Source: a virus
Taxonomy: Duplodnaviria > Heunggongvirae > Uroviricota > Caudoviricetes
Virus record (IMG/VR): IMGVR_UViG_3300010163_000004
Coordinates: 72,935-136,934 of that record
Strand: one strand, 5' to 3'
DNA: 64,000 nt
Shown: positions 1-9,007 of the stretch, one piece after another
Layout of the letters: every line of letters starts with the position of its first letter
Position numbering within the stretch: the stretch's first letter is position 1
Position numbers and translations under genes: made by a program
Notes under the pieces: model-generated
What the model was told of the DNA's origin: nothing
The model's input: the letters and a program-made list of their open reading frames with translations, nothing else
Database searches by the model: none

Positions 1-298
1 TACAGCCTTTCTTAGCGTATAAAGAAATGTATTTAATTTCCATCTGCTTTATCTCCTTAGGGTTATTCGTTTCATCCACTAATTCGATTTTTGGCCTAGA
101 ATTGAGACTTAGTAACTTATTAATCCATCTATTTTTATGTGTGTGCTATTGTTTAGTATCATGTTTAGCTTCTGTGACATGATTACTTAGTCTATCTGAC
201 AATGTTTTATTAGTCCATCCTATATAGCGAACATAATTTCGCTCATCCTCAGGACTAATAGTTGGGTCCACTAATCGGTAAATTTTGTACTTTAGCAT
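1..298 (-). CDS. GIY-YIG homing endonuclease, 5' part (ATG at 298, extends beyond window start). Contains an in-frame TAG, so it is TAG-recoded.
   Basis: Minus-strand translation gives MLKYKIYRLVDPTISPEDERNYVRYIGWTNKTLSDRLSNHVTEAKHDTKQ[TAG]HTHKNRWINKLLSLNSRPKIELVDETNNPKEIKQMEIKYISLYAKKG. This is the canonical GIY...YIG motif pair. Not in the ORF track because of the TAG. Confidence 0.75.
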
Positions 299-610
299 AA
301 TATTAACTGATTATTAAATTTATACTAAAATTACATATTCTATTTGGCATTTCCAAATAGAGGTGACGAATTCTCCGTTTGTACTCCGCAACAACGCGGA
401 TAGTCGTTGAACCTTATTCTAGTTACCCAATAACTAGAATCTTGGATGCTGATTGCCTATTACATTAAATACTTAGACGTCTTCTCAGATTGTCATATAT
501 CATCCTTTAAATTTTTTCTGAATTTCTTCGACATTCACACCTACTCTTACGAGTTATGTTGTAGTTTTAAAGGCTTTAAGGTATTCCAGCAGTTAACCAA
601 ATAAGGGCAA

Positions 611-721
611 GTTATTTACCCGTAGTACTTATAATAAAAGTAGTTTCGGGATTAAGATTTCTTAAACTTGTACTTTTTCCAGTACCTGATTCACCTACGA
701 TAGCAATTGTTTCAGCAGCCA
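611..721 (-). pseudogene. Truncated P-loop NTPase ORF (36 codons, Walker A GESGTGKST) ending at TAA. Possibly exon 1 of an intron-interrupted gene.
   Basis: ATG at 721-719 overlaps the stop of the upstream helicase (TAATG). Translation is MAAETIAIVGESGTGKSTSLRNLNPETTFIISTTGK*. No continuation is found in any frame before the homing endonuclease at 298. Confidence 0.45.
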
Positions 722-1816
722 TTATTCTAATGCAAAATTAAAATTCGAATTTGAATTATCTAATTCTGTAATATCATCTAGCTCCTGTTCTACAATAGAA
801 CTATTATCTTCTAATATATAGTTTGGACTTGTATATCTCTCATAATCATAAATTTCATCGGGCTTTGGTAGCTCGTGGAACATATTAATCCATCCAAAGA
901 AGTTTACTCCAACCTCAACATCGCAATCCCCATATCGGTTCTTAAGTACCATAATACTCCTATAATAAGAGCCTAGGTACTCAATATTGTAATGTTTATA
1001 AGTTTTCAATCCATCTCTGTGAGGATTATACAATGCAATCATGATATTACAATCTTGCACAGTATTACCTGAATCCTTAGCATCGTGAATAGTAAACGCA
1101 CTTTTGCCTTGCTTAAACCTCTCAATATTTCCTTGTTCTCTATTAGCTTGCTGTATTACTACAGGACTAATAAAACACTTATCTCTAAGAAAGAGAAGAT
1201 AGCTGGACAATAAATCAATATCGGGCTTTGTACCAACAAGACCAATATGGTCTACAACTACATTATAAATAAGATTAGGATTATTCGGAGTATAGACGAG
1301 GCGGGTTTCACTTTCAGAAAAGGTTCCCATTTCCTCCAACCTAGTTTTCAAGATGGCATATACCTTCTTCGGAGTTACCTTCTTGTCATAGATTTCTAAC
1401 TTCTTACTAATCTTATCTATCCAAGGCATACATTGCTTAACTAAGTCATAATGCTCGTCAGATAAAACATATTCCTTCTCTCTTGATAGTATCTTCTTAA
1501 AAGATAGTTGGATTCCATAGGTCTCAAATATATATATGGATAATAGCTTAATATACAAAGCTACTTCTCCCATTTCAAGACTGAAATACAATACCTTAAA
1601 ATCATCATCATCAAGATGTTTCATTAATGGTCGATATACATAAGCATATAAGGCAAACGAAGTCTTACCTGCACCAGAGTTTGATAAAATCAAAGTATAG
1701 GTTTCCCTAGTAACTCCGTCAATAATACTCTCCAGCTTAGGAAGTTTCATAGAAATACCATGATTTAGTCCCTGTCTACCCCTATCAATTTCATTGAGAA
1801 GTTTATCAGAAATCAT
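722..1816 (-). CDS. DnaB-like replicative helicase (RecA-fold C-terminal domain)
   Basis: ORF track, 364 aa. Walker A LILSNSGAGKTSFALY, Walker B-like VVVDHIG, and a DnaB/T7 gp4-like layout. Confidence 0.7.
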   Translation of the reverse strand: MISDKLLNEIDRGRQGLNHGISMKLPKLESIIDGVTRETYTLILSNSGAGKTSFALYAYVYRPLMKHLDDDDFKVLYFSLEMGEVALYIKLLSIYIFETYGIQLSFKKILSREKEYVLSDEHYDLVKQCMPWIDKISKKLEIYDKKVTPKKVYAILKTRLEEMGTFSESETRLVYTPNNPNLIYNVVVDHIGLVGTKPDIDLLSSYLLFLRDKCFISPVVIQQANREQGNIERFKQGKSAFTIHDAKDSGNTVQDCNIMIALYNPHRDGLKTYKHYNIEYLGSYYRSIMVLKNRYGDCDVEVGVNFFGWINMFHELPKPDEIYDYERYTSPNYILEDNSSIVEQELDDITELDNSNSNFNFALE

Positions 1817-2418
1817 AGTAATCTCATAGAATCATAATTAACTCCACCTTCATTCTTTAATGCTTCTAGTTCTTCCCACTTATGGTCTATTACAAAATTA
1901 GCTATTGTGGTACACAATATATTGTGTTCGCTAGCCCACTTAACTAACTCCATAATATGGTTATGAGTTTCTGGCTTCCATCTGATAGTTCTACCATAAA
2001 ACCTATAGAAGTCTTCAATTGTATCAAATTTCTTAGATACACTTTTCAGACCTACTTGTGTATTATTAACTATTCCAAATAATGGATAAGTATCCCACAA
2101 TTCCTTACCTAAGTCAAATGAACACTTATAAAAGTCTTTCACAATTAACTTATTTAGAGGAACATCTAGTGGATTAAATACAGATCCTTTCTCAGGAATT
2201 TTATAGGATTTATGTATAACTCCAGCATCGCGAAGTCCAGTTAATAGTTCTACTGTAAAACCACGAGCGCATGCTCTAGAAGAGAAATACTCGTGGACAA
2301 TTTCGGGTTCATCACCCTCTTGGGCGATAAGAAGAATTTCTAACAACAACAGCTCACTTGGGTTTATGCTATATTTTTCACAAAACGAAAGTTGCTGTTT
2401 TAGTTCAAGATTTTTCAC
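1813..2418 (-). CDS. hypothetical protein (201 aa), 4-nt overlap with the helicase
   Basis: ORF track. Start of the downstream gene overlaps this stop (ATGA). Confidence 0.6.
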   Translation of the reverse strand: MKNLELKQQLSFCEKYSINPSELLLLEILLIAQEGDEPEIVHEYFSSRACARGFTVELLTGLRDAGVIHKSYKIPEKGSVFNPLDVPLNKLIVKDFYKCSFDLGKELWDTYPLFGIVNNTQVGLKSVSKKFDTIEDFYRFYGRTIRWKPETHNHIMELVKWASEHNILCTTIANFVIDHKWEELEALKNEGGVNYDSMRLL

Positions 2419-2675
2419 GTGTACAAATTAATAGATTTTCTACTAATCTATACACCAAGTCTAGTTTACTTGTTAAAGCGTTAAAACTTGGTTACGTGAT
2501 AAACTTTAGTCCTCAACTCTTTCGCTGGCAGTTTCAAGAAGTACTGTATAGTCCTTCTTTAATTCCCTCAATTCAGCGGTAAGCTTACTAACCTTAGTTT
2601 CTAATGCTTTGCACTTCTTAGTCAAAGCGGACTTCATCTCATTAAACTCTTTTTTGGTGTAATAAGTTTCCATAA

Positions 2676-3953
2676 TTAAAAACGATAGGTAAAATTTTGT
2701 AATTTTTTCTTGTAAGGTTCCCAAGGCTCTCCATTAAGTAACTTTCGTAAGTTATCTACATCAATAGTAACATACTCGCTCTTTTGATGAGACTTCTTAA
2801 ACCATTCTTGTTCAACGGTATCTTCCAGCACTAATGTGAATATTTCAGAGTATTTAGAACCTTCTTTTCTAATGACCCTACCAGCGGCTTGAGTGCTTTT
2901 TGTGCTACTAGAGTCAACTCCAAGCATTATCCCAACCGATAGACCAGGACAATCAAAACCTTCAATAGCCAATTTACAGCTATTAATCACGCCCTTGTCT
3001 AGTAGGGCGAACTCCTCAAGTGTAATTCTGTTTTGTTTTTTACTTTCTTTGCCAGTGTAAACATATCCTACTCCTATCTTCTCTGCCATTGCAGTATTAG
3101 CAGAGAATGTAATAATTTTCTTGTCTGCTCTATGAGCAATAATCTCCCTAGCTACTTCCAATTTAGCCGGATGATTATGGATAAACTTTTTTCTAGCTTG
3201 TAACGCTCTCATAAAAGCCGTAGAATGAAAGGTAATCTGCTTCAAAGCATTTGACAGCTCAGCTTTATCCGAACTACTACAAATCTGGTTTCTGTAATTA
3301 AGCCTATTTCTGAGGCCGTCTTTACCAACCATACTCATTGCGAGTCCAAAATCAAAGTTAAAGAATTCAAAATGTCTTATAAATTCCCTATTTTGCTCTC
3401 GATAGCTTTCGATGTCTTCTGCTGTGATAATTACTTGATATTCAGTAAAATCAGATACCCAACCATTGGCTTTGGCTACTTCAATAGTTACACTATCAAC
3501 TACAGGGCAATATTTCTCAACTATAGTATGTCTACCATCAAGTCTTTCCAGAGTAGCAGTTAGTCCAAGAATTAACTTGTATTTAACCTTACTAAATACA
3601 AATTGTAAAGTCTCAGCAGCAGTCCTATGGATTTCATCAATGATTAAAAAGTCACATTCGTATCCATTCTTTGCTGTAGTATTTACAACTTGTACCTCTG
3701 TATTTAACCCTAGACCTTCCTTATCTAATATATCTATCCACTGATTCTTCAAAAGTTCTGTGGGGACTACTATCAATGCTCTAATAGTAGGATATTTAGA
3801 TAGAACAGCCTTTAAACAATTAATAGCACACCGTGTTTTACCAAAGCCTGTACAGGCTTCTATAGTGCCTTTTCCCTTATGTAATAACCAGGCTCTCTTA
3901 CACTGCTCCTGCCGCTCGTCACGAGTAACAGGAGTAAAGAGGTCTTTCATCAA
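2676..3953 (-). CDS. Superfamily 2 DNA/RNA helicase (DEAH-like)
   Basis: 425 aa. Motif I ACTGFGKT, motif II IIDEIH, motif III LGLTATLER, motif VI QAAGRVIRK. Confidence 0.8.
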   Translation of the reverse strand: MMKDLFTPVTRDERQEQCKRAWLLHKGKGTIEACTGFGKTRCAINCLKAVLSKYPTIRALIVVPTELLKNQWIDILDKEGLGLNTEVQVVNTTAKNGYECDFLIIDEIHRTAAETLQFVFSKVKYKLILGLTATLERLDGRHTIVEKYCPVVDSVTIEVAKANGWVSDFTEYQVIITAEDIESYREQNREFIRHFEFFNFDFGLAMSMVGKDGLRNRLNYRNQICSSSDKAELSNALKQITFHSTAFMRALQARKKFIHNHPAKLEVAREIIAHRADKKIITFSANTAMAEKIGVGYVYTGKESKKQNRITLEEFALLDKGVINSCKLAIEGFDCPGLSVGIMLGVDSSSTKSTQAAGRVIRKEGSKYSEIFTLVLEDTVEQEWFKKSHQKSEYVTIDVDNLRKLLNGEPWEPYKKKLQNFTYRF

Positions 3954-4813
3954 TCTATATTCCTAGTGATGTCCCATCCTTTAAGTTCTGCAACTTTCTT
4001 GATTTCTTCCATCTTATCCTTCCATTGTTTAGCCTGGTTCTCGCATTGATTTTGGAAGCGATAAAGAACTTTGTTTGATAGCAGTCTGAGCTGATCACTA
4101 GTTAAGTTAGCATATTTATCTCGTTTCAATCTACACATAGATCTAAACTCAGCATAACTTAATCCAGTATCACAGATTTTCAGAGCTATAGAAGGATTCA
4201 AACGAAGTTCCTTACTTACTACTAACAGTCTGTTAACAGCTTTACCTGTCACTGGGTCCTTACGATACAAGTCTTTCTGCATTTCTTGCTGTGTAAACCA
4301 CAGTCCCATTTTTACAATGAAGTTAAGTGTTAAGTGAGAGTTGTCAAACAATCCTAAGGAATCCAAACAAGCATCCATAACTAAACTTACAGGCACTTCT
4401 CTAAATTCTACAGGGATTCCATTAAGGATCTCTCCAATTGGATAGACCTTAATAGCCTCATTAGTTAACACTTCCTTATTGTTTTTGATAACAGCTTTCA
4501 AGTCTTCCAAACAACGTGTGTTTGTGTATTGCTTTTCAGCTCTAAGCCATCTAATAAGAAGCTCTGCACGACATCTTTGTATTTGGTCGGACACAATTCC
4601 GAGTAATGTTACACGACCTGGATTCTTGGTATCAGAGTTATACAACATTTGTTCACAATGATTGTAGAATCGTCTCAGCTGGTCATAACCTGCGTCTACC
4701 AATTTAATTTCCTCCTGGACCCCATTTACCTTAGGTCCTTTCCATACATAGCTATTAACGTCGTTTGCTTTATCGCTCAAAGCCTCTCTCAGCTTATCTC
4801 CTAATACAGTCAT
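3950..4813 (-). CDS. hypothetical protein (287 aa)
   Basis: ORF track. 4-nt overlap with the downstream gene. Confidence 0.6.
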   Translation of the reverse strand: MTVLGDKLREALSDKANDVNSYVWKGPKVNGVQEEIKLVDAGYDQLRRFYNHCEQMLYNSDTKNPGRVTLLGIVSDQIQRCRAELLIRWLRAEKQYTNTRCLEDLKAVIKNNKEVLTNEAIKVYPIGEILNGIPVEFREVPVSLVMDACLDSLGLFDNSHLTLNFIVKMGLWFTQQEMQKDLYRKDPVTGKAVNRLLVVSKELRLNPSIALKICDTGLSYAEFRSMCRLKRDKYANLTSDQLRLLSNKVLYRFQNQCENQAKQWKDKMEEIKKVAELKGWDITRNID

Positions 4814-4857
4814 AAATTATTCTTTAATAGTACTTCATAATTTATCTCCTTTTAATG

Positions 4858-5181
4858 TTAATCTAATAATATTTGTCCATCTTCAATGGTAGGCTTTTCG
4901 TGAATAAATTTCAAGAAAATTATATTACTATCCTTGTATGGAACAAAATCTTTACCATCATACCATTTATCGACGCCTTCTTCTACGTATCTTAGTGAAA
5001 CATAGCCGACATCCCCTAATTTCATAGAACATTGGTTCCAATTCGGGAATCGAACACACATTATATCTTTGTAGTCTAGATTATCATATTCTAGCCTTTC
5101 AAAGACATAATTAGCGTATCCCATCCCGTCTTCACATTCAGCAACAAATTTGACATGGTAAGTTACTTCTTTGGTTTCCAC
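4858..5181 (-). CDS. hypothetical protein (107 aa)
   Basis: ORF track. Confidence 0.5.
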   Translation of the reverse strand: METKEVTYHVKFVAECEDGMGYANYVFERLEYDNLDYKDIMCVRFPNWNQCSMKLGDVGYVSLRYVEEGVDKWYDGKDFVPYKDSNIIFLKFIHEKPTIEDGQILLD

Positions 5182-5335
5182 ACTTCAAATGTATTAATAT
5201 CCTCGAACTTCCTACAACCATAAGAAGCGAAGTCTCCTTGCAACTTATCCATGTTAGGCAAGCAAGGGTAATTTTTACACCTAGTGCAGCTACGTTCAGG
5301 ATGTTTGTAGTGAAAACCATCTTTGTCCTTAAACA

Positions 5336-5710
5336 TTACTTCAGTAATAGGCATAATAATATTAATACACATGAACCAGCAGCGCCATATTTAATGACAT
5401 TCTGCTTCTTTTTTAAAGACTTATTAAGACCTTCAATAGATCTATTCTTATCTTCAATTATGTTTCCATAATACAGTAACTGAACTCTACGGAGAGAGTC
5501 CGTTTTTTCCCAACTCTTATTTATTAGTTCTAGATTAGTTATTTGCTTATTCAATAACGGAACAGTTTCTGACAACTTCTGATGCTCAGCAAATATCAGA
5601 TTAGTTGTTTTTAGTTGCTCGCTGGTTATTGTAACGGTCGATGTATTCTGAGAAAAAGCACAAATTGATGCTATCAGAACTAGACATAATAGTAGATACT
5701 TTCTCATCAT
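5336..5710 (-). CDS. small secreted protein (signal peptide MMRKYLLLCLVLIASICAFSQ)
   Basis: ORF track. N-terminal hydrophobic signal sequence. Confidence 0.55.
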   Translation of the reverse strand: MMRKYLLLCLVLIASICAFSQNTSTVTITSEQLKTTNLIFAEHQKLSETVPLLNKQITNLELINKSWEKTDSLRRVQLLYYGNIIEDKNRSIEGLNKSLKKKQNVIKYGAAGSCVLILLCLLLK

Positions 5711-5892
5711 ACTTTTTGTCTATATACCTAATTTTCTCCACGATGGAATCGTTAACTATATAGATACTATCCCTAATTATAGAATCCCTTACTATTTCCT
5801 GCACATTAGGCGGAGAAACTACGGTTTCCTTCTTAGGTATTAGCAAATAAATAATTAACAATCCCATTAAAGCTATTAAGATATAGCAAAAC

Positions 5893-6477
5893 TTAGTCCT
5901 GTCCATTCAGCTCAACGCCTATTGCCTTGGCTTTAGTTACCAGTTTAGCGCATTTAACTACATCTATACCTTCTTTAGCTAGATTCAAAGCTTGCTTCTC
6001 TTTATCAGAGAGATTTTTGATTTCATTCTTGAGGGCTTCTTTTCTTTCAAACCGAGCTTTCATCTGGTTATACCCCTTAATAATACGCTCTGGATTTTCT
6101 TTCAAGAAGGTAAGTTCCTGTTCCAAGAATGCTTTTACTAGTGTTTTGCCAGCTACACCTCTAGATGTAGTAAAGATATGTGGACACTTTGGGTCATGAA
6201 GAGCCTTATCATAGGCTTTCTTCTGCCCCTTAGCTAGGTCAAACGTATCTTCAGGGTTACATACTGCAATACCAATAGTTACTACTCTGCAAACTTTAGC
6301 ATAGTCTAGATCATACCTATCTACATATCCATCAGTATCTACCCAACCTACTGTTAAGACACAACCATCTTCACTTATTTCAACAGCTTGACTCAAAGCA
6401 CAAGCTACAATTTTACGTTCTTCACCCTTAAAGTCTACAAATGAGTCTGCCATGTACTCAATCACATCCTGTTTCAT
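5893..6477 (-). CDS. hypothetical protein (194 aa)
   Basis: ORF track. Confidence 0.6.
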   Translation of the reverse strand: MKQDVIEYMADSFVDFKGEERKIVACALSQAVEISEDGCVLTVGWVDTDGYVDRYDLDYAKVCRVVTIGIAVCNPEDTFDLAKGQKKAYDKALHDPKCPHIFTTSRGVAGKTLVKAFLEQELTFLKENPERIIKGYNQMKARFERKEALKNEIKNLSDKEKQALNLAKEGIDVVKCAKLVTKAKAIGVELNGQD

Positions 6478-6707
6478 TTTCTACAATTTTAAAACCATTA
6501 TTAATTAAATATTCTTCTGGAGCGAATTGTAATTCAAAGAATCTATGAAGAGAGTATTTCTTTCTCTTACAACATAACTGATTCTTTTTCAACACAATCG
6601 GTTTATTAGAAGAGTAATATTTCTCTTCCATCAGAGCAGCTCCCCAGCTCCATATTTGATATACTGAACTACAGTAGATAAACTTATCATGTGTATGCAC
6701 AATCTGC

Positions 6708-7181
6708 TTATCCTTCTCGTAAATCCTCGGTAAGATCATTATAAAACACTTTTATAGTCTTAAAAATGAATTGATTCTTTTGAGTATTATAACGTTTATT
6801 CCATCTACATTTCTGATAGTGAGATAGTAGTTCGGAAGCTTTTACCCCAGTATACACATTTCTGCAAAAGCTATTGTCATCATCACAATCTGCTGCGTTT
6901 ATGGTGTACTCTCCAATAGAAATCGCATAATGATAATGACTTCTCGCTACTTCGCTAAACTTCTCTTCTAGTTCATAATCTTCGTAAATAATGACTTTGA
7001 ACTTGAATTTATCTCTATTTAGTAGCCTGGCTAGACAGTATGCTATATAGCAACACCCTCCACGATTAACGTCGTATTCCTCGTCTAAGAATCTACAAAG
7101 CTTATTCAACCTCTCCGCTAGAATCTCCTGAATCTCCCGAGACTTCGAGTTTAATTTCCTCCTTTGCCTTTTTAAGCTCAT
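6708..7181 (-). CDS. hypothetical protein (157 aa)
   Basis: ORF track. Confidence 0.5.
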   Translation of the reverse strand: MSLKRQRRKLNSKSREIQEILAERLNKLCRFLDEEYDVNRGGCCYIAYCLARLLNRDKFKFKVIIYEDYELEEKFSEVARSHYHYAISIGEYTINAADCDDDNSFCRNVYTGVKASELLSHYQKCRWNKRYNTQKNQFIFKTIKVFYNDLTEDLREG

Positions 7182-7393
7182 CTAAGTACTTACTTAAAGT
7201 TATAACTTCATCTTTTCCAAATTTCTTCCTTACCGCATAATGGCAACATCGCTCTATAGCGGCTTCTAGGGGATAGCCATAGCCTTCCACCTTGAATTCT
7301 TTTCTTGGATTTTTGCCACCAATATCATATAGCAACTCCAAGTCAAATCTTGGAGAAGATTCACTAATAGGAGTAAGCCTGTAGAAAGATCCC

Positions 7394-7777
7394 TCAATTA
7401 TCATTTTCAACCTTCTTAATTAGTTTCTCTAAATAATCTGCCCTATCTTTGATTGCAATAAGTAATTCATCAAAATCATTCGCATCCTCTATAGCATCAT
7501 ATGTAGTTGAACAAGTACATTGTGGAAACTTTGAATCATCGTTACTAGAAACATTATGAATACAGAATGAACATGCTTCATAATCTATATTATATAATGT
7601 AATAGCAGTACATAACGAACACTTGTAAATATCTCCAAACCCAGTAATTTGGCTAAGTGCTTCAAAAACATGACCAACCCTATTACCAGACATATAAGCT
7701 TCTTCTAGGTCCTTCTTAGTAATACTTCTATATTTCTTAACTAATTTCTTGGCTGCTTCTAGATTTTTTACTTGCAT
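7394..7777 (-). CDS. hypothetical Cys-containing protein (127 aa)
   Basis: ORF track. Confidence 0.5.
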   Translation of the reverse strand: MQVKNLEAAKKLVKKYRSITKKDLEEAYMSGNRVGHVFEALSQITGFGDIYKCSLCTAITLYNIDYEACSFCIHNVSSNDDSKFPQCTCSTTYDAIEDANDFDELLIAIKDRADYLEKLIKKVENDN

Positions 7778-8577
7778 ACGTCAACTATAGTTAATTTAGG
7801 ACTAACTAATTTCCAATTTTTATAAGAATTAGAGATAGCTACCCTATCAAAATTGTTACATAAATTTTTAACCCCAACTTCATTAACTGCATGACAAACT
7901 ATTATTTCAAACTTGGCTTCTGGATATTCCTCCTTAAGTACTTTAAGTTCTCCTAAGAAAGTTCCTCCAGCATCACACAAGTCATCAATAAAAGTAAAAA
8001 TATTAGAGTAGATATTCTTACGATTGGCTATCTCGAAGCCCTCGATTCTTCCAGTTTCAAGATTTCTTTTCTTTTTAAAAAGAATATAACCAAAATCAGA
8101 ATACCTTCTACCATATCTTTCCCATGCCCCATAGTCTGGAAACACTAGATTCTTCAAAGGATCATCAAGATAAGTATGCCACCAATTAAATGCCAAATTA
8201 TTATAACGATTTCCAAGTAATCTAGAAGTTCTTTCTGAGTGTGCTTCCAGAACATGTACCTTTCTATAGCCTAAGCTATTTAACATATTACATACTACTT
8301 TTAAAGAGAATGGACGATTAAAACTCATTACTCTATCCATACGCATAGACATAAGATAAGTAATATACAAATCCCATTCTACTTCTTGTCTGTCTAAAAT
8401 ATCTCCTACTTGCATCAAGAGGAATAAATCCTCAGTATTAGATATTCTGCAAATAACATCAATAGATTCCTTTCTATCTAATTCTTCAGTAAGGAAAAAC
8501 TGAGGCTCTCCATCAGGAAATTTAGTAATATCATACTTAATTTCACTGATTTCCTTGTTGATTAAGTTTAATTTCAT
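7768..8577 (-). CDS. prs: ribose-phosphate pyrophosphokinase (PRPP synthetase) homologue, short form
   Basis: 269 aa. N-terminal KFPDGEPQFF matches the Prs RFSDGE motif. C-terminal PRTase signature FIDDLCDAGGT matches VDDMIDTGGT. Confidence 0.65.
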   Translation of the reverse strand: MKLNLINKEISEIKYDITKFPDGEPQFFLTEELDRKESIDVICRISNTEDLFLLMQVGDILDRQEVEWDLYITYLMSMRMDRVMSFNRPFSLKVVCNMLNSLGYRKVHVLEAHSERTSRLLGNRYNNLAFNWWHTYLDDPLKNLVFPDYGAWERYGRRYSDFGYILFKKKRNLETGRIEGFEIANRKNIYSNIFTFIDDLCDAGGTFLGELKVLKEEYPEAKFEIIVCHAVNEVGVKNLCNNFDRVAISNSYKNWKLVSPKLTIVDVCK

Positions 8578-9007
8578 CTACTACATATTTTAAGATTTCA
8601 TAACTTTCTTCCAGACCTGCCCTATCATCTAGGAGAATATTGTAATAAGGTTTCTTAGATTTAGAGAATATAGAACTACTAATATTTGGAGCAGATAAAG
8701 TATTAGGAGTAATATTTGCTATCCCTACTCGCATACAAATTGTCTGCTTTACCATAATTTCATAATCATCTTCATCAGTGGTGAATAAAATCATTTCAAA
8801 ACCTAGAAGTGAGCATTCTTTAAGTAGTTCTATAACGCAACTATAATCTCCTCCATTATTATGGTAATCGAAAATAGTATTATCAAAATCGAAAGCGACT
8901 ATTAGCTTTCCGTATTTATGGTACTCTTCTAATAGTCGTTTCTTGCAAGCTTCTTTCCCAAAAGGATGATTAAAGTCCATTGTCAATTCTTTGTCTGATT
9001 TCTTCAA
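8543..9007 (-). CDS. HAD-superfamily phosphatase-like protein
   Basis: 154 aa. DxDxT motif VAFDFDNTIFD near the N-terminus. Confidence 0.5.
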   Translation of the reverse strand: MKKSDKELTMDFNHPFGKEACKKRLLEEYHKYGKLIVAFDFDNTIFDYHNNGGDYSCVIELLKECSLLGFEMILFTTDEDDYEIMVKQTICMRVGIANITPNTLSAPNISSSIFSKSKKPYYNILLDDRAGLEESYEILKYVVDEIKLNQQGNQ

